IMG/VR virus record: IMGVR_UViG_3300032132_000753
Origin: an uncultured virus (IMG/VR IMGVR_UViG_3300032132_000753)
Taxonomy: Duplodnaviria > Heunggongvirae > Uroviricota > Caudoviricetes
Length of the DNA: 64,000 nt
Strand: one strand, 5' to 3'
The notes beneath the pieces are model-generated. The model ran no database searches and was not told where the DNA came from. It saw nothing but the letters and a program-made list of their open reading frames with translations. Shown here in pieces: positions 50,450 through 60,015 of this stretch. The position numbers and the translations under genes were made by a program. Within the stretch, counting starts at the first letter, position 1. Each line of letters starts with the position of its first letter.

Positions 50450-52411
50450 TTAACAGTCAATATTTACCTTTTGGATTTTAAGTTTTACAGCACCCGCAAC
50501 ACTGCCAGCAATACCATCAACGTTAGCTTGCACACTTATTTTTCCGCCGTCACCACCTAGCTCAACTGCTAAAGCTTGATTCTGCGGAGAAGACTGAGCG
50601 TACGCAGATTCTAACGAGGTAATGTCGTTAGCGTTATATGATTGGTCAGGTTGTGGAAAAGCATGCTGAGTAACGTTCCCAGTGTCGTCTTCTACAATGA
50701 TAGTAAGTCCGAATGTTGACCAACCGCCTCCAGCGTTATAACCTCCACCATCATAATTGATAACATATCCACCACATGGTAGTAAATGAGTTCCAGTGCC
50801 GCCATCCAAGTAATTTTCCGTCAGCGGATCAGCTACATAATCGGTTAAATTAGGAATCTCGATGAAGATAGATGCTGGCGCAGTTTCAGGGGAAAGAAAA
50901 GGAATTGGATCGGCCAAAGGTGGAACAACAGTATCTCCAAGAGGTACTGCGGTAACTGTTCCTACTTGAGTTCCGAAGAAAATGTTAGCAAATGGGAAAT
51001 TAAATGGAGTTTGGTTCGGTGGAAAATTTTGTTTACAATCGTCTGGCTGAATTCCAATGCAGAAATCGAGTGGCAGTTCAAATTCACATTCAGCGACCTG
51101 CATGGCCAATTCGGCAAGAATTTCACGTGACCTAGAATCTTTATCTTCGATAAAGTCCTTAAGTTCCAAATTATATTGGTTGTTTATTTCAGATAGTTTA
51201 GATTCATAATAAGCAATGACAGCGTCCAAAATTTCTGTTAATTTAACGCGATTGACATTTGTCACCTGAGGTTCGCCACCATTAGATGGCGCTGTATATT
51301 GGTCAGGATATTTTAGAATATCGACGTCACCAACACCGATTGGATCAACAGTCGGTGTAGACAGAGTGTAATTGAAAGATGTCGAATCAGTAAAATTAAC
51401 AGACCGGTTGATAGGTGTTGAAATGATTTTAGTTGCAGGAGTATCGTTATCTGGGGTTTTAACCTTAGCTCTAACAATATTTAGTTTACCTGCGGCAGCG
51501 TCCAATTCTATCGATACTACTGCAGTATCATAAATATCATCAATGTCGATGATTTTTACGCCAGTGAAAGTATGTGGGACGTCTGGGGCTGCATCACCAA
51601 CATCACCGGTTTCGCCCGTAGGGCCATCTCCAGTTCCATCGGCTCCGTCGTCGCCTTTTTCTCCTCTTTTTCCTACAGGCCCTTTACAACCTGGAACCGT
51701 AACGCATAAGCTGTCCAAAAAGTCCTTGTTAAGCTCGAAGTTTAGACCTGGCGGGAGATTGCCGTTTTCATCGCACTGAATATAGTCTAAGTTACAAGCA
51801 CCGTTATTGGCTAATGGTAAACCATCTCCACCAACACAAGTAATATCGATGGTATCGCTTACTAATAGAATATCGCCTAACAACACACCACTTGGGTTGA
51901 AATCGCTGGATTCTACGATTTGGAAACGGTCGTTCTCTTTAGCTGCGGTAGCGTCACCTTGTAAAAATAGATGTTCTTCATCATTAGTAAAGATTAGGAA
52001 GGCTTTTTTGGCAAGGATGCCGCTCAAGAACATCAACATCTTACCGACGAATTGCTCTGGAGAGTATCGTCGGCTATCGACGGTATGTCCTCTGATGCGT
52101 GTTCCGGCCTCTACACGAGCCACTCTTCTAACTTGATCTTTAGCGACAGCCGTCGGATCTTTTTTGAGGGTCAGGAGGGGCTGTGCGATGATCCCGAAGT
52201 GTCCTCCTCCGGGTGGAACGCCGTCTAAGACTTGTTTTAACTTGGCAGACAGTAGACCCGGATTAAGCTCGCTAGCTACCGGGATATCTGGGCATGTTCC
52301 GATGTTGCGCCAACATTTGGCTTTACCATCGAACTGCCATTTAACACGGAACGCATCGATAAAGATCTGTCCGTCGAATGCTTGTGGGGGTAGTGTATTT
52401 TGTTGTGCCAT
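50450..52411 (-). CDS. Fibre/tail-associated protein, paralog of the 1729-aa protein
   Basis: Same order of N-terminal motif, collagen stretch and Cys-flanked coiled coil. Confidence 0.68.
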   Translation of the reverse strand: MAQQNTLPPQAFDGQIFIDAFRVKWQFDGKAKCWRNIGTCPDIPVASELNPGLLSAKLKQVLDGVPPGGGHFGIIAQPLLTLKKDPTAVAKDQVRRVARVEAGTRIRGHTVDSRRYSPEQFVGKMLMFLSGILAKKAFLIFTNDEEHLFLQGDATAAKENDRFQIVESSDFNPSGVLLGDILLVSDTIDITCVGGDGLPLANNGACNLDYIQCDENGNLPPGLNFELNKDFLDSLCVTVPGCKGPVGKRGEKGDDGADGTGDGPTGETGDVGDAAPDVPHTFTGVKIIDIDDIYDTAVVSIELDAAAGKLNIVRAKVKTPDNDTPATKIISTPINRSVNFTDSTSFNYTLSTPTVDPIGVGDVDILKYPDQYTAPSNGGEPQVTNVNRVKLTEILDAVIAYYESKLSEINNQYNLELKDFIEDKDSRSREILAELAMQVAECEFELPLDFCIGIQPDDCKQNFPPNQTPFNFPFANIFFGTQVGTVTAVPLGDTVVPPLADPIPFLSPETAPASIFIEIPNLTDYVADPLTENYLDGGTGTHLLPCGGYVINYDGGGYNAGGGWSTFGLTIIVEDDTGNVTQHAFPQPDQSYNANDITSLESAYAQSSPQNQALAVELGGDGGKISVQANVDGIAGSVAGAVKLKIQKVNIDC

Positions 52412-52443
52412 TTTGTCTTATATATTTTTAATTCGACAAACGG

Positions 52444-52920
52444 TTATACTACCCCGAGAACCCTATGCATGGCCTGCATCTGGGTTAAATAATGGCGCGC
52501 TAACTGGTATCGCTCACGACGTACACGAGTCAATTTCTTGTCTTGTTTTCCGTCATAGTTTAAAGTGGACATGTTATGCTTGATATCAGCCAACTTAACG
52601 TCAATAGCAATCGGATTTCCAGCAACCCTTGCATAATATGCGCCGTAATCTTCACCTTGTTGGTGTGACATGGCCCAAACAGCGTTTCCGATCTTGTCGG
52701 AAAATTCTCTTTTAATATCAGAAACAGTAGCGTCTGTATCTTCTATAGTATCGTGAAGTACCGCTACGATTCTTGCGGTTTCCCCATACATATAGGTATC
52801 AACAAGTTCGGCAACAGCTAATGGGTGAATGATATAAGGCTCGCCACCCCAACGTTTCTGCCCTTCATGCCATTTGGTAGCTAGACGGACAGCCTTATCA
52901 AATAAAGATTCATTATTCAT
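52444..52920 (-). CDS. HD-domain (p)ppGpp hydrolase-like protein (SpoT/Mesh1-type)
   Basis: HEGQKR.GGEPYIIHPLAVA, AVLHDTIEDT, VKLADIKHN. Confidence 0.85.
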   Translation of the reverse strand: MNNESLFDKAVRLATKWHEGQKRWGGEPYIIHPLAVAELVDTYMYGETARIVAVLHDTIEDTDATVSDIKREFSDKIGNAVWAMSHQQGEDYGAYYARVAGNPIAIDVKLADIKHNMSTLNYDGKQDKKLTRVRRERYQLARHYLTQMQAMHRVLGVV

Positions 52921-52932
52921 GCCCTTTAGATA

Positions 52933-53571
52933 CTATTCTTGATTTACCCAACCGGCAAGATTGTCTGATACAAACTTCCAATTAATATCGGCAATCAGAT
53001 CGTCAACATAATCTTCTTTTTTAGATTTATAGTCAACGTAATACGCATGTTCCCATACATCCAAAGCCATCGCTGGATAAATCAGAGGAACACTACAATC
53101 ATGCGAATCGATTAAACTAAGAAAAAGCTTCTTACTTCTAGGATCGAACCCTAGTAAAGCCCAGCCCTTAGAACCCATCAAAGTAGCTTTAAGTAATTTT
53201 TTGAAATGTTTAACGCTGCCAAAATCTCTCTTTAGCAGTTTCTCAAGATCTTTAGGCATATCAGTTGCGCCTAAACTACCGAAATATAGCTCATGAAGCA
53301 CAACGCCATTATAGTTAAAACTTAAGTCGAAAAGTGCGGAACGATAATCGTCTCCGTTATGACTAACACCTTCTAGCGAAGATCGGTTAATCTTTTCCTG
53401 GGCTGCTTCTAAACCTTTTAGATAGCCCTGATAGTGATTATCGAAGTGCTCATCGATCTGTTCTTTAGATAAAAAGCAAGAAGGCTTCTTTGTTTTAGGT
53501 TCTTTACCTTCAGATAAGATAAAGTCTAATTCTCGATCAATGCTCGCGGTAAATTTAGATATTCTGTCCAC
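52933..53571 (-). CDS. sod: Fe/Mn superoxide dismutase
   Basis: EHFDNHYQGY, LHELYF, GWA, DVWEHAYY. Confidence 0.92.
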   Translation of the reverse strand: MDRISKFTASIDRELDFILSEGKEPKTKKPSCFLSKEQIDEHFDNHYQGYLKGLEAAQEKINRSSLEGVSHNGDDYRSALFDLSFNYNGVVLHELYFGSLGATDMPKDLEKLLKRDFGSVKHFKKLLKATLMGSKGWALLGFDPRSKKLFLSLIDSHDCSVPLIYPAMALDVWEHAYYVDYKSKKEDYVDDLIADINWKFVSDNLAGWVNQE

Positions 53572-56125
53572 TAGTAACCAACTTTATTTTTAACTTATGT
53601 CGAGCAGCTTCAGCTACCTTTTCTACCGACATAAAATCAACCATGCATTTGTGGCTATATGGGCACGGTGGTTTTTTATGAACGGCTTTAGTGTTATCTT
53701 CCTTATAACAGGGACTGCATTCTAACTCACTCCACAGATTTGCCGCTGTTTTATATCCAGAACCTAACGGGCTGGTCGAACCGAACATAATCACCGATGG
53801 TATTTCCAAAGCAGCCGCCACATGGTTGAACACACTATCTAAGCCAACAAATAATTTAGACTGTTGCAAAACACTAAATGATTCACGAAGAGTTAACTTA
53901 CCCAACATAGAGTGAGCCCCATCAATTTCAGTTTCCCCAGCAGCCCCAAGTTGAACCCACTGGTATTCTGGGAACAATTTGATAAGTTCTGGCCACCGTT
54001 CTAGAGGCCATTCTTTATATCTCGACCAACCTGTGCGAACAGCGAAAGTAATAACTGGCTTTTTATATTCTAAGTTGATATTGCTATCTGGTAGCAAGTT
54101 AAGGATTGGTTTCCAGTTTTTAGGTAAAGCCACTTCAGCGCACTCAGCAAAATGATGAGCAATATGCTTCCGCAACGCTACATTAGGATATCCTTCATGC
54201 ATTGGATAATTGAACAAAATGGTTTTGTCAGCAAGTTTACTTTCAGTCGCTACTTCATTAATGTCGGCGTTGCCTTCTAACATTGGCAATGAAGTTGGAT
54301 GGGTTACATATCTAATATGCGCAGTCGGATACTTACGACGTAGTTCCTTGACAGCCGCAGTAGTCATCAGAACATCGCCTAGCGCTCCAGGGCGTTGGAC
54401 TTCAATAGTATATTTCCTATCATTTAATTTTTTCAACCTATCTGGATGTCCTTCGGCATATTTCTTAGCCTCATCCATTAACCCAAGATACTCGTAGCAA
54501 AATGATAACCAAAGTTTAGGAGATGAGCCATATAATTCTTTCGATACGAACATCCCAGTTTTAGGCATAGGGAGGCTTAGAGCCAATCCAAAGAAACAAA
54601 CGGCTGTTTTAAACTCTGATTTGTAGAAATAAGCTTGTCCTAACAAATGGAAAGCCTCAGCCCATTTATCGTTGTGTTTAGTGGCGTCATAACAAGTCTT
54701 GATAGTAAGGTCATATTTCTTTTGGTGATAGAAACATGTCGCCTTATAGTAGTGAGCTAAATACAACTCATCTGGGAAATTACCACCTGCGTCGATATAG
54801 TCTTGATAAATCTCAATAGCTTTATCGTGTTCGCCAGATTCTCGATAAGCATTGGCTAGATAAAACATGGTCCGTTTGTTGCCAGGCTCGTTTTGATATT
54901 CTGTTTCAAGAATAGATGTATTCCGACCAATTCTTTCTGGCTTATGATCTGTTAAATGCTCAACAAACCCATCCGCAAATTGCGCAGTCCTACAATTATG
55001 GATAGTTGGGGTCTCATGAACAGCCCCTTTAAAAACGACGCCCCAATTGTTTCTGAAAAATCTGGCGTGATTAAAAGTTGTGTTTCCATATTGAATCCTG
55101 ACATTATAAGCATCCAAATCCGGGGATAGTTTGAATGGTTTTGAATGAAAACGATCATCTGCGTCCATCCAAAAAACCCAATCGCCAGTGGCATATTTTA
55201 GAGCTTCGTTCCTAGCGTTTGCAAAATGGAACTCTTCGGACTTTGTATTAACATTGAATTGTCTAGAGTTCTTGACGGTAGCCCCGGCACGCTTAGCTTC
55301 TCTGATTGTTTTATCAGAAGAACCAGTGTCAAGGACAATAATTTCATCTACGAATGGTTTAACTGTTTGTAGACATTTATAAATGTTCTTTTCTTCGTTT
55401 TTGACAATCATGAAGAGACTAACCGTAGGAGGCTTCTTTTTCAGTATCCACGAAGATTGCCCTGCACCGTGCATATGGTCTTGCCAATGGATATGAAACC
55501 CAGCTTTTTTAGCAGCGTAAGCAAGAGATTCAGTTCCAAATATGCTTGGATGAATGATAGCGTGGCCTTGGGTGTGGTCTCGCTCAATTCCTTTTATGCT
55601 TTTGTTTGGACAACGAACAAACATGAACCCGTCATCATTAAGAATGTCATAAGCTTTTTTCAGACACCCAATAGGATCGGCGAAATGCTCGATAACATGA
55701 ACCATTGAAACCATATCAACGTTTTCATATGGGATTTCATCGTGTTCCCAATCGATAGGGGCAGTGTTAACAGACAATTCATCGTCTTGAATTAAGTCGT
55801 CTTTGTAAGCCCCGTCGAGAGCATAGGCTTCAGCGCCTAAGTCTTTGAAACACTGAGCGAAATAAGGGAACCCACACCCAACATCAACAGTCTTCCTTGG
55901 AAGGTGCCTCGTAAAAATCCAACTGGCAAGAGAACGATTAATAGCACGTTCCCTTTCGTCCATTGGTGCGCCAGAATACCCGTTGTCACGGCCTTCACCA
56001 GGATTCATCCATGCTTTAGGAGGAGGGAGCGGTTGATATGTGTGCTGGCATTTTACACAATTTGAGTAAGTTTGGAATGCATATGGAGTTCGTTCATCGC
56101 TCCCACATAACGGGCAATTTCGCAT
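53555..56125 (-). CDS. Multidomain methyltransferase + GT2/TPR + GT9 protein
   Basis: CPLCG, VDVGCG, HVIEHF; MIVKNEE, DTGSSD, FANARN, MDADD, VHE, TPRs; ALGDVL, FVGLDS..NHVAAAL. Confidence 0.88.
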   Translation of the reverse strand: MRNCPLCGSDERTPYAFQTYSNCVKCQHTYQPLPPPKAWMNPGEGRDNGYSGAPMDERERAINRSLASWIFTRHLPRKTVDVGCGFPYFAQCFKDLGAEAYALDGAYKDDLIQDDELSVNTAPIDWEHDEIPYENVDMVSMVHVIEHFADPIGCLKKAYDILNDDGFMFVRCPNKSIKGIERDHTQGHAIIHPSIFGTESLAYAAKKAGFHIHWQDHMHGAGQSSWILKKKPPTVSLFMIVKNEEKNIYKCLQTVKPFVDEIIVLDTGSSDKTIREAKRAGATVKNSRQFNVNTKSEEFHFANARNEALKYATGDWVFWMDADDRFHSKPFKLSPDLDAYNVRIQYGNTTFNHARFFRNNWGVVFKGAVHETPTIHNCRTAQFADGFVEHLTDHKPERIGRNTSILETEYQNEPGNKRTMFYLANAYRESGEHDKAIEIYQDYIDAGGNFPDELYLAHYYKATCFYHQKKYDLTIKTCYDATKHNDKWAEAFHLLGQAYFYKSEFKTAVCFFGLALSLPMPKTGMFVSKELYGSSPKLWLSFCYEYLGLMDEAKKYAEGHPDRLKKLNDRKYTIEVQRPGALGDVLMTTAAVKELRRKYPTAHIRYVTHPTSLPMLEGNADINEVATESKLADKTILFNYPMHEGYPNVALRKHIAHHFAECAEVALPKNWKPILNLLPDSNINLEYKKPVITFAVRTGWSRYKEWPLERWPELIKLFPEYQWVQLGAAGETEIDGAHSMLGKLTLRESFSVLQQSKLFVGLDSVFNHVAAALEIPSVIMFGSTSPLGSGYKTAANLWSELECSPCYKEDNTKAVHKKPPCPYSHKCMVDFMSVEKVAEAARHKLKIKLVTSGQNI

Positions 56126-56224
56126 ATCTGATCCTCTATCGAGTTTATATACAACCCATATATTGCGCTAACAGCCGCTTCGTATTTTAATGAGTCATGC
56201 CTATTCAACACAACAGGAGAAATC

Positions 56225-57241
56225 GTGGGAAGAAAACTAAAAGTTATCAACGCATCAGAAAGCTCACCACTCATCAGCAAAACAGGGTTTAAAGGTTACG
56301 ATTATTGCACAAATCCATACGTCGGCTGCGGCTTCGGATGCAGTTTCTGCTACGTAAGATTCTTCATAAAAGACCCAGAACATAGCTGGGGAGACTTCGT
56401 AAGAGTCAGAAAACACGTCTTCACCAAACTGACCAAAGAACTCAAAAAACCACAACGAGCACCGCATGTCTTAAAAACAAACAGAAACGGGAAAGAATAT
56501 AAATCGCCAGGACACATTATTAAGAAACTAGACGGGACAAACGAACTGCTATACGCAGGAAAACGGCTAGTCATCGGCACAATGACAGATCCGTACCAAC
56601 CAATCGAACGGAAAAACAGGATCACAAGACAACTTCTCAACAAATTATTAGACACACCAGTCTTCAACAAAGTAGGAATCTTCACAAGATCACCGATTAT
56701 CCTAGAAGACCTAGAATTAATCAAAAAGCTTCCAAGAGCACGCGTACATTACTCAATCTCACCGTTCCCCAAAGAAGCAATGAGAAAGTTAGAACCACTA
56801 GCAATCCAAACTAGCAGACGGCTAGATACCATCAGAAAACTGAAAGAAGCAGGGCTAAGAGTACACGTCAATATTGCACCAGCCATCCCATACTACTCGG
56901 AGGAGATGACAGAACAACTGGCACAAGACCTCGGAAAAATCGGAGTCGACGAATTCTTCGTAGATCCGGTCCAACCATACAACGAAGCATTTAAAAGAAT
57001 GACAGAATGCATGGAAAACGACCCTAACTGGACATACTCATCGTCCATAATGTCCGATAAGGCTGCATATCTAGAATGGAAGCAACGTTATTGGGACGCT
57101 TGGAAGGAAGCCTGGTCACAACACGGTTCTAAGAACACTCTAGCAATCTGGAGTGATCATGAAAACCACGTCTGGAGAAAACTAATCAGCGGCGAGGAGA
57201 TGAACCCTGCGATGTATGGCGATGACTTAGCCCAGGATTAG
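56225..57241 (+). CDS. Radical SAM protein, SplB/Rv2578c-like (DNA repair)
   Basis: NPYVGCGFGCSFCY, GTMTDPYQPIE...ITR, TRSP; AGGAG RBS before GTG. Confidence 0.85.
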   Translation: MGRKLKVINASESSPLISKTGFKGYDYCTNPYVGCGFGCSFCYVRFFIKDPEHSWGDFVRVRKHVFTKLTKELKKPQRAPHVLKTNRNGKEYKSPGHIIKKLDGTNELLYAGKRLVIGTMTDPYQPIERKNRITRQLLNKLLDTPVFNKVGIFTRSPIILEDLELIKKLPRARVHYSISPFPKEAMRKLEPLAIQTSRRLDTIRKLKEAGLRVHVNIAPAIPYYSEEMTEQLAQDLGKIGVDEFFVDPVQPYNEAFKRMTECMENDPNWTYSSSIMSDKAAYLEWKQRYWDAWKEAWSQHGSKNTLAIWSDHENHVWRKLISGEEMNPAMYGDDLAQD

Positions 57242-57928
57242 CCGTCTCTGGGGAGCAGTTAGACTTTCTTGAACTGGTCTTGTAGGCCCTACAACAGTAT
57301 TCGTGACGTCAACATGGCCTTCATAATCTTCTAAACTTGCGTCTAATCCCAGATCCACAAGAATTGCCATAGATTCATTGTCAATAGGATAATCGCCATA
57401 ATGGCCGTAGTTTTCCCACCAAACTTTTAGAGGATCATCATTAAACTCAAAGCTTACTTCTATCCATAGGTTATTAGCAACACTAGCAACACGAATAGTT
57501 GGTCCTTGGCGAGAAGTTAGATAGTACTCATCGTCTTCTTCATATCTGTCAACACTATATGTGAAACCAGCGACCTGCATCGTAACAGCACCCTCAATAG
57601 GGTTGTTTGGATTATTTGCCTTCTCCCACTCTTGATGAACGGAGTAAACAAATCTAGGGTCAGCCACGGCAACAAAGAAAGCGTCTTCTTCTGATCCCAT
57701 CCTAGTTGGTTGAACAGATACTGAATTTAAAACATTATAAGCTAAATCGACAGTATCAAAAGCCTCAATTAACCTAGGCGAACCACTCCTACCATAATGT
57801 GTATGGGTATAAGAAATGACGTAATACCGACCCGTCAAACGTTCAAATTCGGTTAAAAACCGCTTTTTATCTTCAGGAGAGCCAGTAAATTTCCACTTAC
57901 GTTCTAATGCCCTTAACCGTTGATCCAC
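57227..57928 (-). CDS. Hypothetical protein
   Basis: 233 aa; GTG start directly after the upstream stop. Confidence 0.6.
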   Translation of the reverse strand: MDQRLRALERKWKFTGSPEDKKRFLTEFERLTGRYYVISYTHTHYGRSGSPRLIEAFDTVDLAYNVLNSVSVQPTRMGSEEDAFFVAVADPRFVYSVHQEWEKANNPNNPIEGAVTMQVAGFTYSVDRYEEDDEYYLTSRQGPTIRVASVANNLWIEVSFEFNDDPLKVWWENYGHYGDYPIDNESMAILVDLGLDASLEDYEGHVDVTNTVVGPTRPVQESLTAPQRRLILG

Positions 57929-58723
57929 TTAGATGATTTCCATCCGAAATGGTTCACTAATCCTGCTTTCACCATTTGGTAATTCCAGAATTACACGATA
58001 GCGATAAGAACCTTTTAAGAAACCCATAGTTTCTAAGGGGCACTGAACAACATATGGGTTAGTTCTATAAGATCCTTGGCGAAGGCCAATTTTACAAGGG
58101 AACTTTTCAAGTCCTTCAAGGATTTCGCCTTCTTCTGTCGATACTTCAATAAAAGGACAAATTTGAGGAATCATTGGTCCAATTCGTGCCTGGTCCCAAT
58201 CATAAAGAGGTAGTGGCATCAAGCCGACTTCAAGATTTCTTACTTCACCCTTACGGAAACGTTTATCAAGAGGTTCAAATGCGAATCGTGGAGTAATAAG
58301 CCCATCATCTAAGAACCAACCATCCTGGAAGATCCAGAATTTGTTACATTGAGATAACCAAAGCTCTTCATCATCAAAATCGAATGTGGACAGATTTGTG
58401 GGTTCAGAACCAATAAACCGCCAGACATCGAAATAAATGCCCTCTTTAAATGTGTCTGGGACTTGGAATTCGACTACATAAACTCCGGGGCGTGTAGGAT
58501 CAACAATAGCTGGTGCTGGATACCCAGTTAAATCAGGAGTGCCAAACAAAATCTGTGCTACCAAATTGTCATCTTTTACAGATTGATGGTATACATCTAC
58601 TCTACGCAACGCGAATGGATCTTGGGATACTCCATTACGATTAAAAGTGACATTCAAGCCTACAGGCTGCCCAGTGCGGCCCGAAATTCGTGGGTATAAT
58701 CCGTCTGGTCCTGCTGTTGACAT
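57929..58723 (-). CDS. Hypothetical protein (two Ig-like beta domains possible)
   Basis: GVYVVEFQVP..GIYFDVW and GSYRYRV patterns. Confidence 0.6.
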   Translation of the reverse strand: MSTAGPDGLYPRISGRTGQPVGLNVTFNRNGVSQDPFALRRVDVYHQSVKDDNLVAQILFGTPDLTGYPAPAIVDPTRPGVYVVEFQVPDTFKEGIYFDVWRFIGSEPTNLSTFDFDDEELWLSQCNKFWIFQDGWFLDDGLITPRFAFEPLDKRFRKGEVRNLEVGLMPLPLYDWDQARIGPMIPQICPFIEVSTEEGEILEGLEKFPCKIGLRQGSYRTNPYVVQCPLETMGFLKGSYRYRVILELPNGESRISEPFRMEII

Positions 58724-59298
58724 TATGATCCTAAAATCTGGTCTATGATTTCATCGAAATCTTCATCTATAGTTTTGGATACGTACAGAGATTCTTTAGT
58801 ACCCCTCAGTTTGGACATGCCTCTGGCAGCTTGACGGTTTGTTGGAGTTTGATAGTGGTATTTCCCATCCATAGACTGGACATATCGTCCTTTGGCAGGA
58901 TTTTTAATACCAGAATCACTCATGTTTTGTCGCTCATGCTCGCTAGACCCAGGAGGACGCCTAGCTGGAGCAACGACCTGGTCATCGCGCATTTTGGCGT
59001 GTTCTGATTCCTTACGACTAGCATTTTTAGTTGGTGATTCATCAGGAAGTTGAGACCTCTTCCCACCGTTTTGATAAAAAGCAAGAAGAGCTTCATCTGC
59101 CTCGTTGCCATCAGGTGGCGGATCAGGAGCGCCACCACCAGGTTCTACAACTTTACCAGAATCATCACGACCGGCGCGGTGAGATTGGCCCCTAGAATCC
59201 AATGGCTTACCTTGACCTTTAGAGGCCCTAGCTTGTTTAGAAAAGTAATCAAACTGCTTTTTGCTAACAATTTTAGCGATTTCACCTGGTCTAGCCAC
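58723..59298 (-). CDS. Hypothetical low-complexity protein
   Basis: 191 aa, coupled to neighbours. Confidence 0.6.
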   Translation of the reverse strand: MARPGEIAKIVSKKQFDYFSKQARASKGQGKPLDSRGQSHRAGRDDSGKVVEPGGGAPDPPPDGNEADEALLAFYQNGGKRSQLPDESPTKNASRKESEHAKMRDDQVVAPARRPPGSSEHERQNMSDSGIKNPAKGRYVQSMDGKYHYQTPTNRQAARGMSKLRGTKESLYVSKTIDEDFDEIIDQILGS

Positions 59299-59527
59299 GA
59301 TTTAACACATCCCCGTTTATTGGTCCAAAACCTTGAGCAATCAAATTGATATTAGCCAAAACCCTTGCCTCCGCAGTAGGTTGTCTAGCACCGTCTGGTC
59401 TAAGCTGAATGTTGATTGCAACATTTGGCTTAATTATATGAGGGTTTTTGGCCATAGGAGGTGTAGAAATATACCTTCCAATTGGTGGATAGGCACAACG
59501 TCCGCTCTTTTTGGCTTTAATTTGCAT
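59291..59527 (-). CDS. Hypothetical protein
   Basis: Start placed at ATG 59527, just downstream of CAAATATA. Confidence 0.5.
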   Translation of the reverse strand: MQIKAKKSGRCAYPPIGRYISTPPMAKNPHIIKPNVAINIQLRPDGARQPTAEARVLANINLIAQGFGPINGDVLNRG

Positions 59528-59530
59528 ACA

Positions 59531-59554
59531 ATATATTTGGGTCCCCAAACATAT
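59531..59554. promoter_or_regulatory. Back-to-back CAAA(T/C)ATA motifs (divergent promoter pair)
   Basis: ATATATTTGGG-TC-CCCAAACATAT imperfect inverted repeat between divergent genes. Confidence 0.55.
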
Positions 59555-59565
59555 AAATAAGTACT

Positions 59566-59976
59566 ATGGAATATACCAGACCACAACTAAGGCTTCTAAC
59601 CGAAAACAGGCAAGAAAGATTCCTAAGATTCGCCAGAATGATTGAAGCCAATCCAGGCAGTCTATTACAGATCTTAGATGACGCCAGAGGGGCCCGTTTT
59701 AACGAAACTGACCTCATTCAACTTCTAGCTTGGGCACAAAAAAAGAAAATAATTTCATTAAACCAATATAAACAATACTCCGATAGGCTGGGCCAGTCTA
59801 AGACAGGTAGGATCAGACGTACCGGCAAAACTGGTAGACGAGATACCGCTTTATTAAAAGACAAAAGCGATGACGGTGAAGTTACTTGTGCTTTCTGCAA
59901 AGACTCGGTTCCCGCGCACCGGGCTGATTTAGTAAAAGGCGGCGCTTGGATGTGTAATGTCTGCAGCGGAAGTTAA
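59566..59976 (+). CDS. Hypothetical protein with C-terminal zinc ribbon
   Basis: CAFC...CNVC. Confidence 0.62.
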   Translation: MEYTRPQLRLLTENRQERFLRFARMIEANPGSLLQILDDARGARFNETDLIQLLAWAQKKKIISLNQYKQYSDRLGQSKTGRIRRTGKTGRRDTALLKDKSDDGEVTCAFCKDSVPAHRADLVKGGAWMCNVCSGS

Positions 59977-60015
59977 ATCGATTTAACAATTCAAATCTAC
60001 ACCATAGGTTGAACT

